Shown piece after piece: positions 26,674 to 35,954 of a stretch of 64,000 bases of DNA. The notes beneath the pieces are model-generated. The model made no database searches. It had not been told where the DNA came from and was given only the letters and a program-made list of their open reading frames with translations. Each line of letters starts with the position of its first letter. Positions within the stretch are counted from its first letter, which is position 1. Position numbers and translations under genes: made by a program. This stretch comes from Capsulimonadaceae bacterium (GTDB lineage: Bacteria > Armatimonadota > Armatimonadia > Armatimonadales > Capsulimonadaceae), in NCBI GenBank assembly GCA_965215505.1, contig OZ244065.1, positions 1,312,001 through 1,376,000 on the forward strand. The letters are read 5' to 3'.

Positions 26674-27250
26674 GGGAAGCCTCCTGCCTGGCTTCGTGGA
26701 AGACCGTCATGCCCTGGCAGACCTCCTGGACGAGTACGCCCGCGCTGCACAGGCTTTCGGCGACGGCCCGGACGTCGTCCTCGGCCCGGCCGATCTTGAC
26801 GGCAAGCCCTGCGGCGTGGTCGCGCACATAGCGGTTCCGCTCGAAAAATGCGCGCAGGCAGCGCGTCAGGGCGCGGCTCCCCTCGCCCGACAAGGGGGCG
26901 GCTACGGACGGTTCGGCGGTGGGACGGGAGGGAGGCGGCGCGGGGGCGTCCAGAGGCTCCATGCTGGACACCAGGCGCAAAGCCTGGCGGAGCGAAGCCC
27001 CGCCGTCCATGGCTTTGCGAATCGCCAGCACGCGCCGCACGGCCTCCAGGCCGTAGGTGCGCCGCGCCCCCTGTCCTTGCGCCGTCACATAGCCCTGGCG
27101 AGTCCAGTAGCCGAGCTGACGCACAGAGATGCCGCAGAGGGCTGCCGTCTGTGCGATGTTTAATGTCAGGTCCGGCAGAGCCTCCCAGAGCAGTGTGTCG
27201 GAGTTCGGGGCATCGAGTCCCTGGGTGAGAGTGTTCTGTGTGTCGTTCAT
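26666..27250 (-). CDS. MerR-family HTH regulator with an extra C-terminal winged-helix-like domain
   Basis: 'LNIAQTAALCGISVRQLGYWTRQGYV...RRTY...IRKAMDGGASLRQA'. Confidence 0.8.
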   Translation of the reverse strand: MNDTQNTLTQGLDAPNSDTLLWEALPDLTLNIAQTAALCGISVRQLGYWTRQGYVTAQGQGARRTYGLEAVRRVLAIRKAMDGGASLRQALRLVSSMEPLDAPAPPPSRPTAEPSVAAPLSGEGSRALTRCLRAFFERNRYVRDHAAGLAVKIGRAEDDVRAVAESLCSAGVLVQEVCQGMTVFHEARQEASHA

Positions 27251-28158
27251 GAGAGTGTCTGCCTCGTCGCATCCTCCGACGAGTCGGACTGCGGGCGGGC
27301 GGAAGGGTTAGCCGCGACGTTCGGCAGGCGGGACAAGCGCGAGGCGACATCCGGGCTGAAAGATGGGAACGCGGACAGAGCGCGCCGCCAGCCGGTAGCG
27401 TCTGCCAAGGCGGCTGGCAGAGGCGGGGCGGCGAACAGCATGGCCGTGGTCGGGTTGCCTGCCCAGACCAGGTCCTCCCCTTGCCCGGCCTCGATCTTAG
27501 TCAGGGCGGTCTTCAATGCGTCCGGATAGTCGGCCAGATGGGCGGCATGGTAGTCAGAGGCCGTAACCACTTTCGAGTCCCAGCCCAGCCATGCCAGCGC
27601 GGCGGCAGGGAAAGCGAAGGCCATCAGGAGGGCGTTCCCAGGCCCGGCGGACCCGCGACGCCGCAGGCCGAGGCCCATTTGCAGGGGCAACCCCGCCAGG
27701 GTGGACGTGACCGTCCAGCCCGGCATGGCCCCGGTCGCAAGGCGCGCGACCATCAGCGCCATGATCGCCTGCACCTCGTCCTTATCCAAATGCCTGGTCA
27801 GGCCGTTGGTCACGACGATGACCGGGTCGCCGGCGCGCCGCTCGATGACGTAGGCGTTCGGCTCGGGGCGGGTGGAATAATAGAGGATCGGCGAATCCAT
27901 CCCCACCCGCTCACAAAGAGCCTGGATCATCTCGTACAGCTTGGGCGCGTGGACGTTCTCCAGCAGGGCGGCGTCCCAGACGTCCAGGGGGAACTTCTCC
28001 GCCGCCGAAGAGCCGATGACGACGTAGCCGATGCCGAACAGCAGCCCCAGAATCAGGCCCGCGAGGGCATGACGGAAGAGCGCACCAAAAACCGCGCCCA
28101 GGGCGGCCCACAGGAGGCAGCAGACGCAGATGACGAGTGGGAGGCGCAAACGTGACAA
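27247..28158 (-). CDS. HtpX/M48-like membrane protein lacking the HExxH motif
   Basis: HtpX-like segments 'PKLYEMIQALCERVGM..P.LY...PEPNAY', 'IVVTNGL..HLDKDEVQAIMA' and 'DALKTALTKI'. The zinc motif position reads ALMVAR. Confidence 0.75.
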   Translation of the reverse strand: MSRLRLPLVICVCCLLWAALGAVFGALFRHALAGLILGLLFGIGYVVIGSSAAEKFPLDVWDAALLENVHAPKLYEMIQALCERVGMDSPILYYSTRPEPNAYVIERRAGDPVIVVTNGLTRHLDKDEVQAIMALMVARLATGAMPGWTVTSTLAGLPLQMGLGLRRRGSAGPGNALLMAFAFPAAALAWLGWDSKVVTASDYHAAHLADYPDALKTALTKIEAGQGEDLVWAGNPTTAMLFAAPPLPAALADATGWRRALSAFPSFSPDVASRLSRLPNVAANPSARPQSDSSEDATRQTLS

Positions 28159-28284
28159 AACCGCTGGTCTCCTGTATACTAAAGATACTTATTTATACCC
28201 CTTTTCAGTTCCAAACTTAACGGGGCAGACACGGGCCAGCTTAACACAGTCTTAATATAAGCTCAAAATGGGTTCAACGGTGGC

Positions 28285-29403
28285 TCAAAACATGACGCGG
28301 TGCTTGCGGGCGGCGACGGAGAGCAGCAGGCCGGTAGCGGTGAGGTTCACCAGAAGGCTGCTCAGTCCATAGGAGAAGAACGGCAGCGGGACGCCCACGA
28401 CCGGCATGATCCCCATCGTCATTCCGACGTTGACCACGACGTGGAAGGTCAGCATGGAGAGGACGCCCGCCGCCAGCAGGCGGCCCAAGACGTCGTCGCA
28501 GTCCGCCATCACGGCCACGCCGCGCTCCAGCAGGAGCAGGTACAGGGCCAGCAGGGCGAGGCAGACGACGAAGCCGCCCTCCTCGCCGACGATGGTGAAG
28601 ATGAAGTCGGTGTGCTGCTCCGGGATGAACTTGCCGTTGGCCTGAGTCCCCCTTCCGTATCCCTCGCCGCCGATGCCGCCCGCCCCGATCGCGATCTCGC
28701 TCTCGCGCAGGTGGTAGCCCGTGTCGCGCGGGTCGGCGTCCGGGTTGAGGAAGACTTGCAGGCGGTTTTTCTGGTAGTCTTTCAGCACATGATGCGGGTT
28801 GAAGTGCCACAGGCCGGCGAACAGGACCGCCCCCGCCAGCAGGAGCAGGCCGAGGTGTTTGAGGCTCGCACCCGCGATGACCATCATCCCGAACCAGATC
28901 GCCAGCAGGACCAGGGCCGTGCCCAGGTCCGGCTGGGCGGCGATCAGCAGCACCGGCACCCCGATGTGGGCCAGCGACTTGAAGACGGTCGGCCACTCCC
29001 CGACCGTTTCGCTGTTGCGGGCGAGGAACAGGGCCAGTGTCCCGATCAGGATCACCTTGGCGAACTCGGAGGGCTGGATCTGGATCGGCCCCAGCGGTAT
29101 CCACCGGGCGGCCCCGTGCGAAGCGTGGCCGAGGAACCTCACGACGAGCAGCAGGAACAGGTTCAGCGGGTACAGGGTGCGGGAATACCGCTTCAGCAGT
29201 ACCTCATAGTCGGAGCGGGCCAGGGCGACCGCCGCCGCGCCGCCCAGCAGTACGCCCACCATCTGTTTGTGGACCAGGTCGAGCGGGTGCAGGTCCAGGT
29301 GGCGCGCGCTCTTGATGGCGAGGATGCCGCCGAGACAGATCAGCAGCGCGCTCCCCAGTATGGCCCAGTCTAGCTGCCGCAGCCCCTGTCTCTGAACGAT
29401 CAT
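28285..29403 (-). CDS. rodA: rod shape-determining protein RodA (SEDS family)
   Basis: GAARWI, IQPSEFAK, QPDLGT, IAIGAGG, PEQHTDFIF, PVVGVPLPFFSYG. Confidence 0.93.
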   Translation of the reverse strand: MIVQRQGLRQLDWAILGSALLICLGGILAIKSARHLDLHPLDLVHKQMVGVLLGGAAAVALARSDYEVLLKRYSRTLYPLNLFLLLVVRFLGHASHGAARWIPLGPIQIQPSEFAKVILIGTLALFLARNSETVGEWPTVFKSLAHIGVPVLLIAAQPDLGTALVLLAIWFGMMVIAGASLKHLGLLLLAGAVLFAGLWHFNPHHVLKDYQKNRLQVFLNPDADPRDTGYHLRESEIAIGAGGIGGEGYGRGTQANGKFIPEQHTDFIFTIVGEEGGFVVCLALLALYLLLLERGVAVMADCDDVLGRLLAAGVLSMLTFHVVVNVGMTMGIMPVVGVPLPFFSYGLSSLLVNLTATGLLLSVAARKHRVMF

Positions 29404-29496
29404 CGCCTCTTATGATACCATTTTTCGCGCGGTTTTCCGTCCGCCGCGCGTGGGCGCGCGAACTACCGGGCGGCAGGTGACGTTATAGAGGCTGGA

Positions 29497-30228
29497 ATGC
29501 ACCCCATGAAGATGACGCCCCCCGTTTCCGAGATGCTGCCGCCCGCCCCCTCTGATGTGGAACGCGCCCGCCTGTGGGCGGTGCTGGCGACGGTCGCCCT
29601 GTCGGTCGTGACGGTACTCGTCCTGCGGGACCGGCCCTGGTCGGACGGGCGGACCGCGCTGGCCCTGAACGGCGTCAGCATCGCCCTGTTCCTGGCGCAC
29701 GTCGCCTTCTACCGGGATAGGGTCCTCGCGCGGCTTCTCGTGTTCGGGCTGGGGCTGGGCGTGGTGGAGCTGGCGGCAGACGCCCTGTGCGTCCGCTACA
29801 CGGGGACTCTGGACTACTCGGTCGCCCACAGCCCGCTGCTGGGCCTGTCGCCGTTCTGGATGCCGACGGCGTGGATGGTGGTCGCCGCCCAGATCGGCTA
29901 TCTCGGGCGGCGGCTGATGGCCCGGCTGGGGACGGGCGCGGGCATGGCCCTGACCGCCCTACTCGGGGCCGTCAACATCCCCTTCTACGAGGAGATGGCC
30001 TACCACGCCCACTGGTGGCGGTACGTCCACTGCCGGATGCTGGGGCACACGCCGCTGTACATCATCGTGGCCGAGATGCTGATCGGGCTGACCCTCGGCC
30101 CGCTGGCCGCCTGGGCGATGCGCGCCGGGGCCACCTGGCGCGACGCGGCGACGGCCGGCGTGATCGGCGGCCTGGGCACCATCTTCGGGGGACTGGTCGG
30201 TTACGGGCTGGTGGAGCGGGTGCTGTGA
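29497..30228 (+). CDS. multi-TM hypothetical membrane protein (DUF6989-like)
   Basis: About 7 hydrophobic segments, with 'ELAADALCV...GTLDY' and 'PFYEEMAYHAHWWRY'. Confidence 0.7.
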   Translation: MHPMKMTPPVSEMLPPAPSDVERARLWAVLATVALSVVTVLVLRDRPWSDGRTALALNGVSIALFLAHVAFYRDRVLARLLVFGLGLGVVELAADALCVRYTGTLDYSVAHSPLLGLSPFWMPTAWMVVAAQIGYLGRRLMARLGTGAGMALTALLGAVNIPFYEEMAYHAHWWRYVHCRMLGHTPLYIIVAEMLIGLTLGPLAAWAMRAGATWRDAATAGVIGGLGTIFGGLVGYGLVERVL

Positions 30229-30238
30229 GGTTTGAAGC

Positions 30239-31039
30239 TTACGGACTCTTCGGCGCGTGGGAGCCGGGCGGCAGGCACCTCGGGTGTTCGTCGCGGTCCA
30301 GGACGCGGCTCCACCAGTCCAGGCGGGCGCGGCAGACGCGGCAGCGGCCTTCTTTGTAGAGCCGCTTGGCCTCGTCCTTGCGCTGCTGCGCCATGCCCTG
30401 CGTGTGCCAGTCAGGGGTGATGGCCTCGAGGTGGCGGGCGGCGGCCTGGGCGTCCTTCTCGCAGCAGGAGAAGTGACAGTGGAAGCCGTAATACTTGGAC
30501 CGCTCGCGGGTGACGGCGTACTGCTGCCGGGTCTGGTGGTCCATCTCGGTGTCGGGGTAGAGGTGAGTCCAGCGCCCGTAGAACCACCGCAGGTTGCCGA
30601 CGGCGAGGACCCCGTCGCAGACGACGCAGCGCTCGCATTCGGTGCAGCCGCCGGCGTTGAGGCTGACCGGAAGCTCGCGGGCGGAGGCGGCGTGCTTCTC
30701 CAGCACGGTCTGACGCCCGCAGCGGCAGATGCGGAAGCTGGTCACGTCCAGCGCGCCGCAGCCGGGGCACTGCCAGTGATACCCGGAGCCGGTGACCGCC
30801 GCGCCGCCTGCGGGCGCGAGGCGCATCTCGGCGTCGCAGGCGTCGCACTGGTGCCGGCCCATGTGGTTCATCTCGCCGCTCTTGTGCAGGTGGCTGTAGG
30901 CGTGCGCGGGCGTCCCCGACTCCGCTTCGGCGCGGGGCGGTGGGGGGGCGAAGCGGAACCAGGACTGGGAAACGTCGCGGAGCTGCCTGCCGACGACCTG
31001 GAACTTCATGCTGACGGCGCGCGTGAGCGGCAAGACCAT
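30239..31039 (-). CDS. Cys-rich multi-zinc-finger hypothetical protein
   Basis: CDAC, CPGC, CRCG, CTEC..CVVC, HCH.SCC, CRVC...HPRC. GC3-rich codons. Confidence 0.7.
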   Translation of the reverse strand: MVLPLTRAVSMKFQVVGRQLRDVSQSWFRFAPPPPRAEAESGTPAHAYSHLHKSGEMNHMGRHQCDACDAEMRLAPAGGAAVTGSGYHWQCPGCGALDVTSFRICRCGRQTVLEKHAASARELPVSLNAGGCTECERCVVCDGVLAVGNLRWFYGRWTHLYPDTEMDHQTRQQYAVTRERSKYYGFHCHFSCCEKDAQAAARHLEAITPDWHTQGMAQQRKDEAKRLYKEGRCRVCRARLDWWSRVLDRDEHPRCLPPGSHAPKSP

Positions 31040-31122
31040 AATATGCTATTGTATCCCAAATTCGACGGATTTGGGCGATAAGCGCAAAGGAATTATCGGA
31101 AGACGGAATTATCGGGAGACGG

Positions 31123-31491
31123 TCAGCGGGAGATGGTCAGCAAATAGAGGACGCTCGCCAAACCCAAGGCGAACGCGGCGGCGGCGAATGCGAAGACGAG
31201 GTGCGCGGCGGACCGGTAATCGCCGCCTTCTATCATGCGCCGCGTCCGGTCATAGTGCCACGCGGCCAGCAACAGGGTGAGCACGCCCGCCCCGGCGAAG
31301 GCCAGCCCCAGCCGGGTGGAACCGGCCCCGGCGCGAGGCGCGGCTTCCAGGAAGCGCAGTTTGGCGATCAGCACTCCGAATCCGAGCAGGGCGATGGAGG
31401 TCCGCACCCAGGCCAGGAACGTGCGCTCGTTGGCGAGGTGGTCGCGGACGCTGCCGGCCCCCGTCACGAGTTTTGCGGGTTCGTCAGCCAC
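31123..31491 (-). CDS. YidH/DUF202 family membrane protein
   Basis: 'RDHLANERTFLAWVRTSIAL'. Confidence 0.9.
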   Translation of the reverse strand: MADEPAKLVTGAGSVRDHLANERTFLAWVRTSIALLGFGVLIAKLRFLEAAPRAGAGSTRLGLAFAGAGVLTLLLAAWHYDRTRRMIEGGDYRSAAHLVFAFAAAAFALGLASVLYLLTISR

Positions 31492-32108
31492 TCGATCTCC
31501 CGGCGCAGGTCCGCCCGCGCCGCCTGCTCGCGCTCCCCGAACAGCGCGTCAGTATAGTAGATGCGCTCGCGCCCGAGGAAGCTTTCCAGGACGCGGCGAC
31601 GGCCCACGCCGTAGTCCTGCTCCGGCACCCAGGCATATTCCTCGCGGATGGTCCGCGCGTAGTGGTCGTACTCCGCCGCATTCGACCCGAGAACGGCAAG
31701 GTCGGCGTCCAGGAGTACCTGGCAGTCCGTATCGCCTGCCGGGGCTTCGTGGGTTTTGGTCTTGCCGATCAACAGCATGACGCGCATTCGGAGCGAGTCC
31801 CACGGCCCACCCTTTAGTGCGGCCATCGCATAGAATGCGCTCTGCTCCTCGTTGTCGCCCCGGCGGCTGTCATAAATGGCATCGTGGAACCAGACGGCGA
31901 GGCGCACGGCCACCCCGTCATGCAGGGTGTCGCCAAAACCGGAGACGGTTCTCAGCATGGCGGCGATGTGGTTAAGGGTGTGGTACGCGCGGCCCGGCTC
32001 GGAATAGCGGCGGCAGAGGTCCTGAAAGACCGCCTCCGCGTCCGGCTTGGCAAGACCCGCATGGGTGGCCGTCTCGTGCCATGCTGCTTCCAGCTCTTGG
32101 CGCGTCAC
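31464..32108 (-). CDS. HD-superfamily metal-dependent phosphohydrolase (COG4339-like)
   Basis: 'YSEPGRAYHTLNHI', 'WFHDAIYD', 'NEEQSA', 'LDADLAVLG', 'IREEYAWV'. Confidence 0.88.
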   Translation of the reverse strand: MTRQELEAAWHETATHAGLAKPDAEAVFQDLCRRYSEPGRAYHTLNHIAAMLRTVSGFGDTLHDGVAVRLAVWFHDAIYDSRRGDNEEQSAFYAMAALKGGPWDSLRMRVMLLIGKTKTHEAPAGDTDCQVLLDADLAVLGSNAAEYDHYARTIREEYAWVPEQDYGVGRRRVLESFLGRERIYYTDALFGEREQAARADLRREIEWLTNPQNS

Positions 32109-32866
32109 TTCTTCGCCAGCAGGCTTGCCGCCGCCTCGTCCAGAAGCCAGGTCAGCGTCCCCGAGGTAGGCTGAACACCTCCCGCCGGGTGCTTGTCCAG
32201 GCCCGCCCCGCCTTCAAAGATGTCGCGCACGGCGGCGGCTTTTTTCTCGCCGTTGACCAGGAAGACGACCTGACGGGCGGCGTTCAGCACGGGGAACGTG
32301 CAGGTGATCCGGTCCACGGGCGGCGGCAGGGTGCCGGGCGGGCTGGACACGACCCAGCGGTCCGTGACGTGCAGCGTCGGCATCCCGGGGAACAGGGAGG
32401 CGCAGTGGCCGTCGTCGCCCATGCCGAGCAGGATCAAATCCAGGGCGGGCGGCGGGCCGTCGGTCGTGAGGCCGAAGACGCCGGCCAGAGTTTGCGCGTA
32501 TTCGTCGACAGCATCTTGGACGGTCGGCGCGGTGGTGGGGATCGGCAGGACATGGGCCGGGGCGAGCGGCACATGGTCCAGTAAAAGCCGTTTGCACATG
32601 CCGTAGTTAGAACGGTCATCGTCATACGGGACGAAACGCTCGTCGCCCAGGAAGACGAAGACGTTTGCCCAGTCCACCTCAGTCGTGTGCGGTGCCTGCG
32701 CCAGAAGCTCATAAGTCTTGTGGGGGCTGGAGCCGCCGGTCAGGGCGACGGTGAAGCGCCCCCGCGCGGCGACCGCCTCCCGCGCGGCCTGCACGAAAAG
32801 GTCGGCGGCATGGGCGGAGAGGGCGGCTTGATCCGAAAAGGTCTGGATGTCCTGAATGTCTGGCAT
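32105..32866 (-). CDS. pgl: 6-phosphogluconolactonase
   Basis: ALTGGSSP, GDERFVP, SNYGM, LLGMGDDGHCASLFP, RITCTFP. Confidence 0.93.
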   Translation of the reverse strand: MPDIQDIQTFSDQAALSAHAADLFVQAAREAVAARGRFTVALTGGSSPHKTYELLAQAPHTTEVDWANVFVFLGDERFVPYDDDRSNYGMCKRLLLDHVPLAPAHVLPIPTTAPTVQDAVDEYAQTLAGVFGLTTDGPPPALDLILLGMGDDGHCASLFPGMPTLHVTDRWVVSSPPGTLPPPVDRITCTFPVLNAARQVVFLVNGEKKAAAVRDIFEGGAGLDKHPAGGVQPTSGTLTWLLDEAAASLLAKK

Positions 32867-32921
32867 GGGCGTGTGCTTTCGGAAGGACGGCCCGGCGCGG
32901 GAAGCGCCGGGCCGTCGTCGG

Positions 32922-33890
32922 TTATCGCGGCGAGGGGACGCCCGCCAGGGCGTCGTCGATCGCCGTCAGGACGTCAGTGGAGAGCGTCTTGCCTGACGCG
33001 CCCGCGTTGTCCTCCACCTGGGCGGGGCGGGAAGCGCCGATGATGACGCTGCTGACGTTCTTCTGGCGCAGGCACCAGGCCAGCGCGAGCTGCGCCATGG
33101 AGAGGCCCGCGCCCGAGGCGATCTCGCCGAGCTTTGCGACCTTGCCCAGCACGTCGTCGTCCAGCTTGCCGCCGTTCATGAACATGTTCTGGCCGGGGTC
33201 GGCCGCCCGGCTGCCCTCGGGCGGGGCCTGGCCGGGCTTGTATTTGCCGGTCAGCACGCCCTGGGCCAGCGGCGAGAAGACAACCTGGCCGATGCCCTCG
33301 CGCTCGCACAGGGGGATGACTTCCTTCTCGATCCCGCGCCCGATCATGTTGTAGTAGGGCTGGTTTGAGGCGATGGGGTGCAGGCGCGCGCCCCGGATGT
33401 AGTCCACGGCGTGGGCGATCTGCCCGGCGCTCCATTCGGAAACGCCCGCATAGAGGATCTTGCCCTGCCGCGCCAGGTCGTCGAGCGCGACCAGTGTCTC
33501 TTCCAGCGGCGTCTCGCTATCGTACCGATGGCACTGGTAGAGGTCAATGTAGTCGGTGCCCAGGCGCTTCAAGGACAGGTGGCACTGCTCGAAGATGTGC
33601 TTGCGGGACAGGCCGCGATCGTTGGGGCCGTCGCCCATCGGGAAATAGACTTTGGTGGCGAGAAAGTAGGAATCGCGCGGGTAGGCGGCAAGCGCCCTGC
33701 CGACGACCTCCTCCGACTTGCCGCGCGCGTAGACGTTGGCCGTGTCGAAGAAGTTGATGCCCAGGTCGTAAGCCTTCTCGATACAGGCGCGCGCCGCCTC
33801 GTCCTCGGTCGCGCCCCCGTAGGTGAGCCAGGAGCCGAGCGAGACCTCACTGACCTTGACGCCGTACTTGCCTAAATGACGATACTGCAT
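32922..33890 (-). CDS. aldo/keto reductase (Kv-beta/YajO-like)
   Basis: MQYRHLG, FDTANVY, ATKV, RLGTDYIDLYQCH, SPLAQG. Start at ATG 33890. Confidence 0.93.
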   Translation of the reverse strand: MQYRHLGKYGVKVSEVSLGSWLTYGGATEDEAARACIEKAYDLGINFFDTANVYARGKSEEVVGRALAAYPRDSYFLATKVYFPMGDGPNDRGLSRKHIFEQCHLSLKRLGTDYIDLYQCHRYDSETPLEETLVALDDLARQGKILYAGVSEWSAGQIAHAVDYIRGARLHPIASNQPYYNMIGRGIEKEVIPLCEREGIGQVVFSPLAQGVLTGKYKPGQAPPEGSRAADPGQNMFMNGGKLDDDVLGKVAKLGEIASGAGLSMAQLALAWCLRQKNVSSVIIGASRPAQVEDNAGASGKTLSTDVLTAIDDALAGVPSPR

Positions 33891-34118
33891 GGGAAATCCT
33901 TTGCTGGGTCCGCCGGCGGACCCTTGCGGGCGTGGAATGCTCCGCCAGTATTCCCATTCCGGCCGCCGTTTTCCTGTCTGATTCGCGCCCAGGCTCGTAT
34001 ATTTTCGGGAATGCGGGCTGGCAGGCGGGCATCCGTTTTGCCCGCGCGAAAATCCGGGTAGGATAGCGACAGGCCGTTTGTACAAGGCCGACAGGATACC
34101 GTCGTGGGGGAGGTTGCT

Positions 34119-34475
34119 TTGAATCTGGAAATCGACACACAAATGACGCCCGATCAGATTCCCGTCGTGCATCTGAAGGGGGAGATTGATCTGCACACCT
34201 GCTCGGTCCTGCGCGACACGCTGCGCGATCTGATCGAGCGGGATCACAACCAGATCGTGATCAATCTGGCCGAGGTCCCCTACCTGGACAGCGCCGCGCT
34301 GGGCGTGCTGGTGGACGCCGTCCGGCGCGTCCGCGAACACGAGGGCGGCATCAGCCTCGTCTCGACGACGGCGTTCGTGCGCCGCGCCTTCGAGATCACC
34401 CGGCTGGTCAAGATCTTCCAGCTGTACGACGACAACGAGGCCGCGCTGACCGACATCCGCGCGCAGTCGAAGTAG
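34119..34475 (+). CDS. STAS-domain anti-sigma factor antagonist
   Basis: 'LKGEIDLHT', 'YLDSAALGVL', 'FEITRL'. TTG start after GGAGG. Confidence 0.9.
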   Translation: MNLEIDTQMTPDQIPVVHLKGEIDLHTCSVLRDTLRDLIERDHNQIVINLAEVPYLDSAALGVLVDAVRRVREHEGGISLVSTTAFVRRAFEITRLVKIFQLYDDNEAALTDIRAQSK

Positions 34476-34487
34476 CCCCACAGCCAG

Positions 34488-34527
34488 GAAACGCCCCCGC
34501 CAAGAATGGCGGGGGCGTTTCTTTTTT
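34488..34527 (+). terminator. intrinsic terminator
   Basis: GAAACGCCCCCGCCA-agaa-TGGCGGGGGCGTTTC-TTTTTT. Confidence 0.9.
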
Positions 34528-34555
34528 CGCGGCGGCACATCCTGAGCGGCGATCT

Positions 34556-35116
34556 TTAGACGGCCTGGCTGTCCTCCCACTCGGAGTGGCAGCGGTAGAC
34601 GGCCTCGCTGATGCGGGCGACGCGCGGGATCAGATCACCGGTGTCGTGCTTCAGGACCTCGCGCAGCGTCGGCGGCAGGAACAGGGCCTCCAGGGCGTCC
34701 AGGGACCGCTTCTGCCCGGCGTAGTCCACGACGCTCGGCGTTTGGTCCGTGCCGCCGAACTCGGCTTCCAGGTAGGGGCGGACGCGGGCCGCCGTGCGGT
34801 AGTAGTTGGTGACGAACCAGCGTCGTGTCTGGGCGTACTCCGATTCCTTACGTCCGTCGCAGCCATTCTTGGCCGCCGCGCACAGGACCTCGGTGAAGAC
34901 CTCATACTGGTCAATGAAGGTCAGCCAGGCCTGGGCGGCGTCCCCGCTGGCCGTGCGTCGGATGGCCGCCGAGCGGGCGCTGGCGGGCCGGACGGACGAT
35001 GAGGGCGGCCGCGTCTGACGGTAGCCCACCAGTGATGCCGTCGCGCGGCTGGCGGCTGCCCCGGCCCGCAGACGCAGACGGTACATGAAAGGGAGAGGAA
35101 GGTTGCTTCGGATCAT
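34556..35116 (-). CDS. hypothetical protein
   Basis: 186-aa ORF with GC3-rich codons, no recognised family. Confidence 0.65.
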   Translation of the reverse strand: MIRSNLPLPFMYRLRLRAGAAASRATASLVGYRQTRPPSSSVRPASARSAAIRRTASGDAAQAWLTFIDQYEVFTEVLCAAAKNGCDGRKESEYAQTRRWFVTNYYRTAARVRPYLEAEFGGTDQTPSVVDYAGQKRSLDALEALFLPPTLREVLKHDTGDLIPRVARISEAVYRCHSEWEDSQAV

Positions 35117-35198
35117 GGCAGAGGTGCCTCTTGATGGCGTGTGTTAGGTGTCATTGTGAGATAATGTATGATAAGGCGTGGTTCACCGGAACCCTAGT

Positions 35199-35657
35199 CT
35201 ATACGGACGGCCCGCGCTGGGAAACGTAATTCAGCCGCAAGTCGTTAAGCAGGGTGTGCAGATCACGGCGCATGTCGGCGGAGATGACCGCCTCGGGTGC
35301 GGTTTCGAGCCGCGCGGCGAGGTCACCGACCGCGTCAATCGCCACCTTGGCGTCCGCCAGGTCCGGCTTGGCCTCGCCCGTCTGCGGGTCCGCCAGCAGC
35401 CCCATCTTCTGCCAGGCCTGGGACGACAACAGGTTGATGCAGTAGCCGATCAGGTCGTAAGTGGTGGGCGCGACGCCCGCCGCCAAGTCTTCGTCTAGTT
35501 GTTCGTCCAGCTCATCGTCGTCCGGCCCGGTGGCCTGTGCCTGGATCGGCTCCGGCTGTATCGGCTCCGGCTCTGGGGCTATCACGGTCATGACCGGCTC
35601 CGACGCCTGTGTGCGGCGCTTGTCAACGAACGTGAACCCTGCTTCTTCTTCGGCCAT
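35199..35657 (-). CDS. DUF1844 domain protein
   Basis: 'FTFVDKRR', 'QAWQKMGLLADPQTGE...DLADAKVAID', 'LNDLRLNYV'. Confidence 0.85.
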   Translation of the reverse strand: MAEEEAGFTFVDKRRTQASEPVMTVIAPEPEPIQPEPIQAQATGPDDDELDEQLDEDLAAGVAPTTYDLIGYCINLLSSQAWQKMGLLADPQTGEAKPDLADAKVAIDAVGDLAARLETAPEAVISADMRRDLHTLLNDLRLNYVSQRGPSV

Positions 35658-35954
35658 GCGACGCACTCCCAAAATGTACTCCCCGTTCGGGGGCGCGGGT
35701 TATTCTAGCACATAAATCGCGGGTTCGCAAGGGCGGCTTTAGAAGCAGGCCGAAAGTCATAAAAAGATTTTTGCCGTCTTTTTTGCCCTGCGGCGGGCGG
35801 GGTTCAACTCGGCATGAGTAGAGTTGGACAGGCCTGCTCCAGCCGGCCGTGGGCGACACACTCTGGGTTATAGGAGCGACTTTACGGGGGAATAATCATT
35901 CGGCGTTGTGCGGCGACCACGAAAGACGGCAGCAAAGGACGGACCGACCGGACC

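Noticed and set aside
33891-34580. N-terminal extension of the aldo/keto reductase ORF (also the extensions of polB from 490 and exbD to 6430)
   Set aside because: They overlap real genes in other frames or strands, and family homology starts at the downstream ATG.
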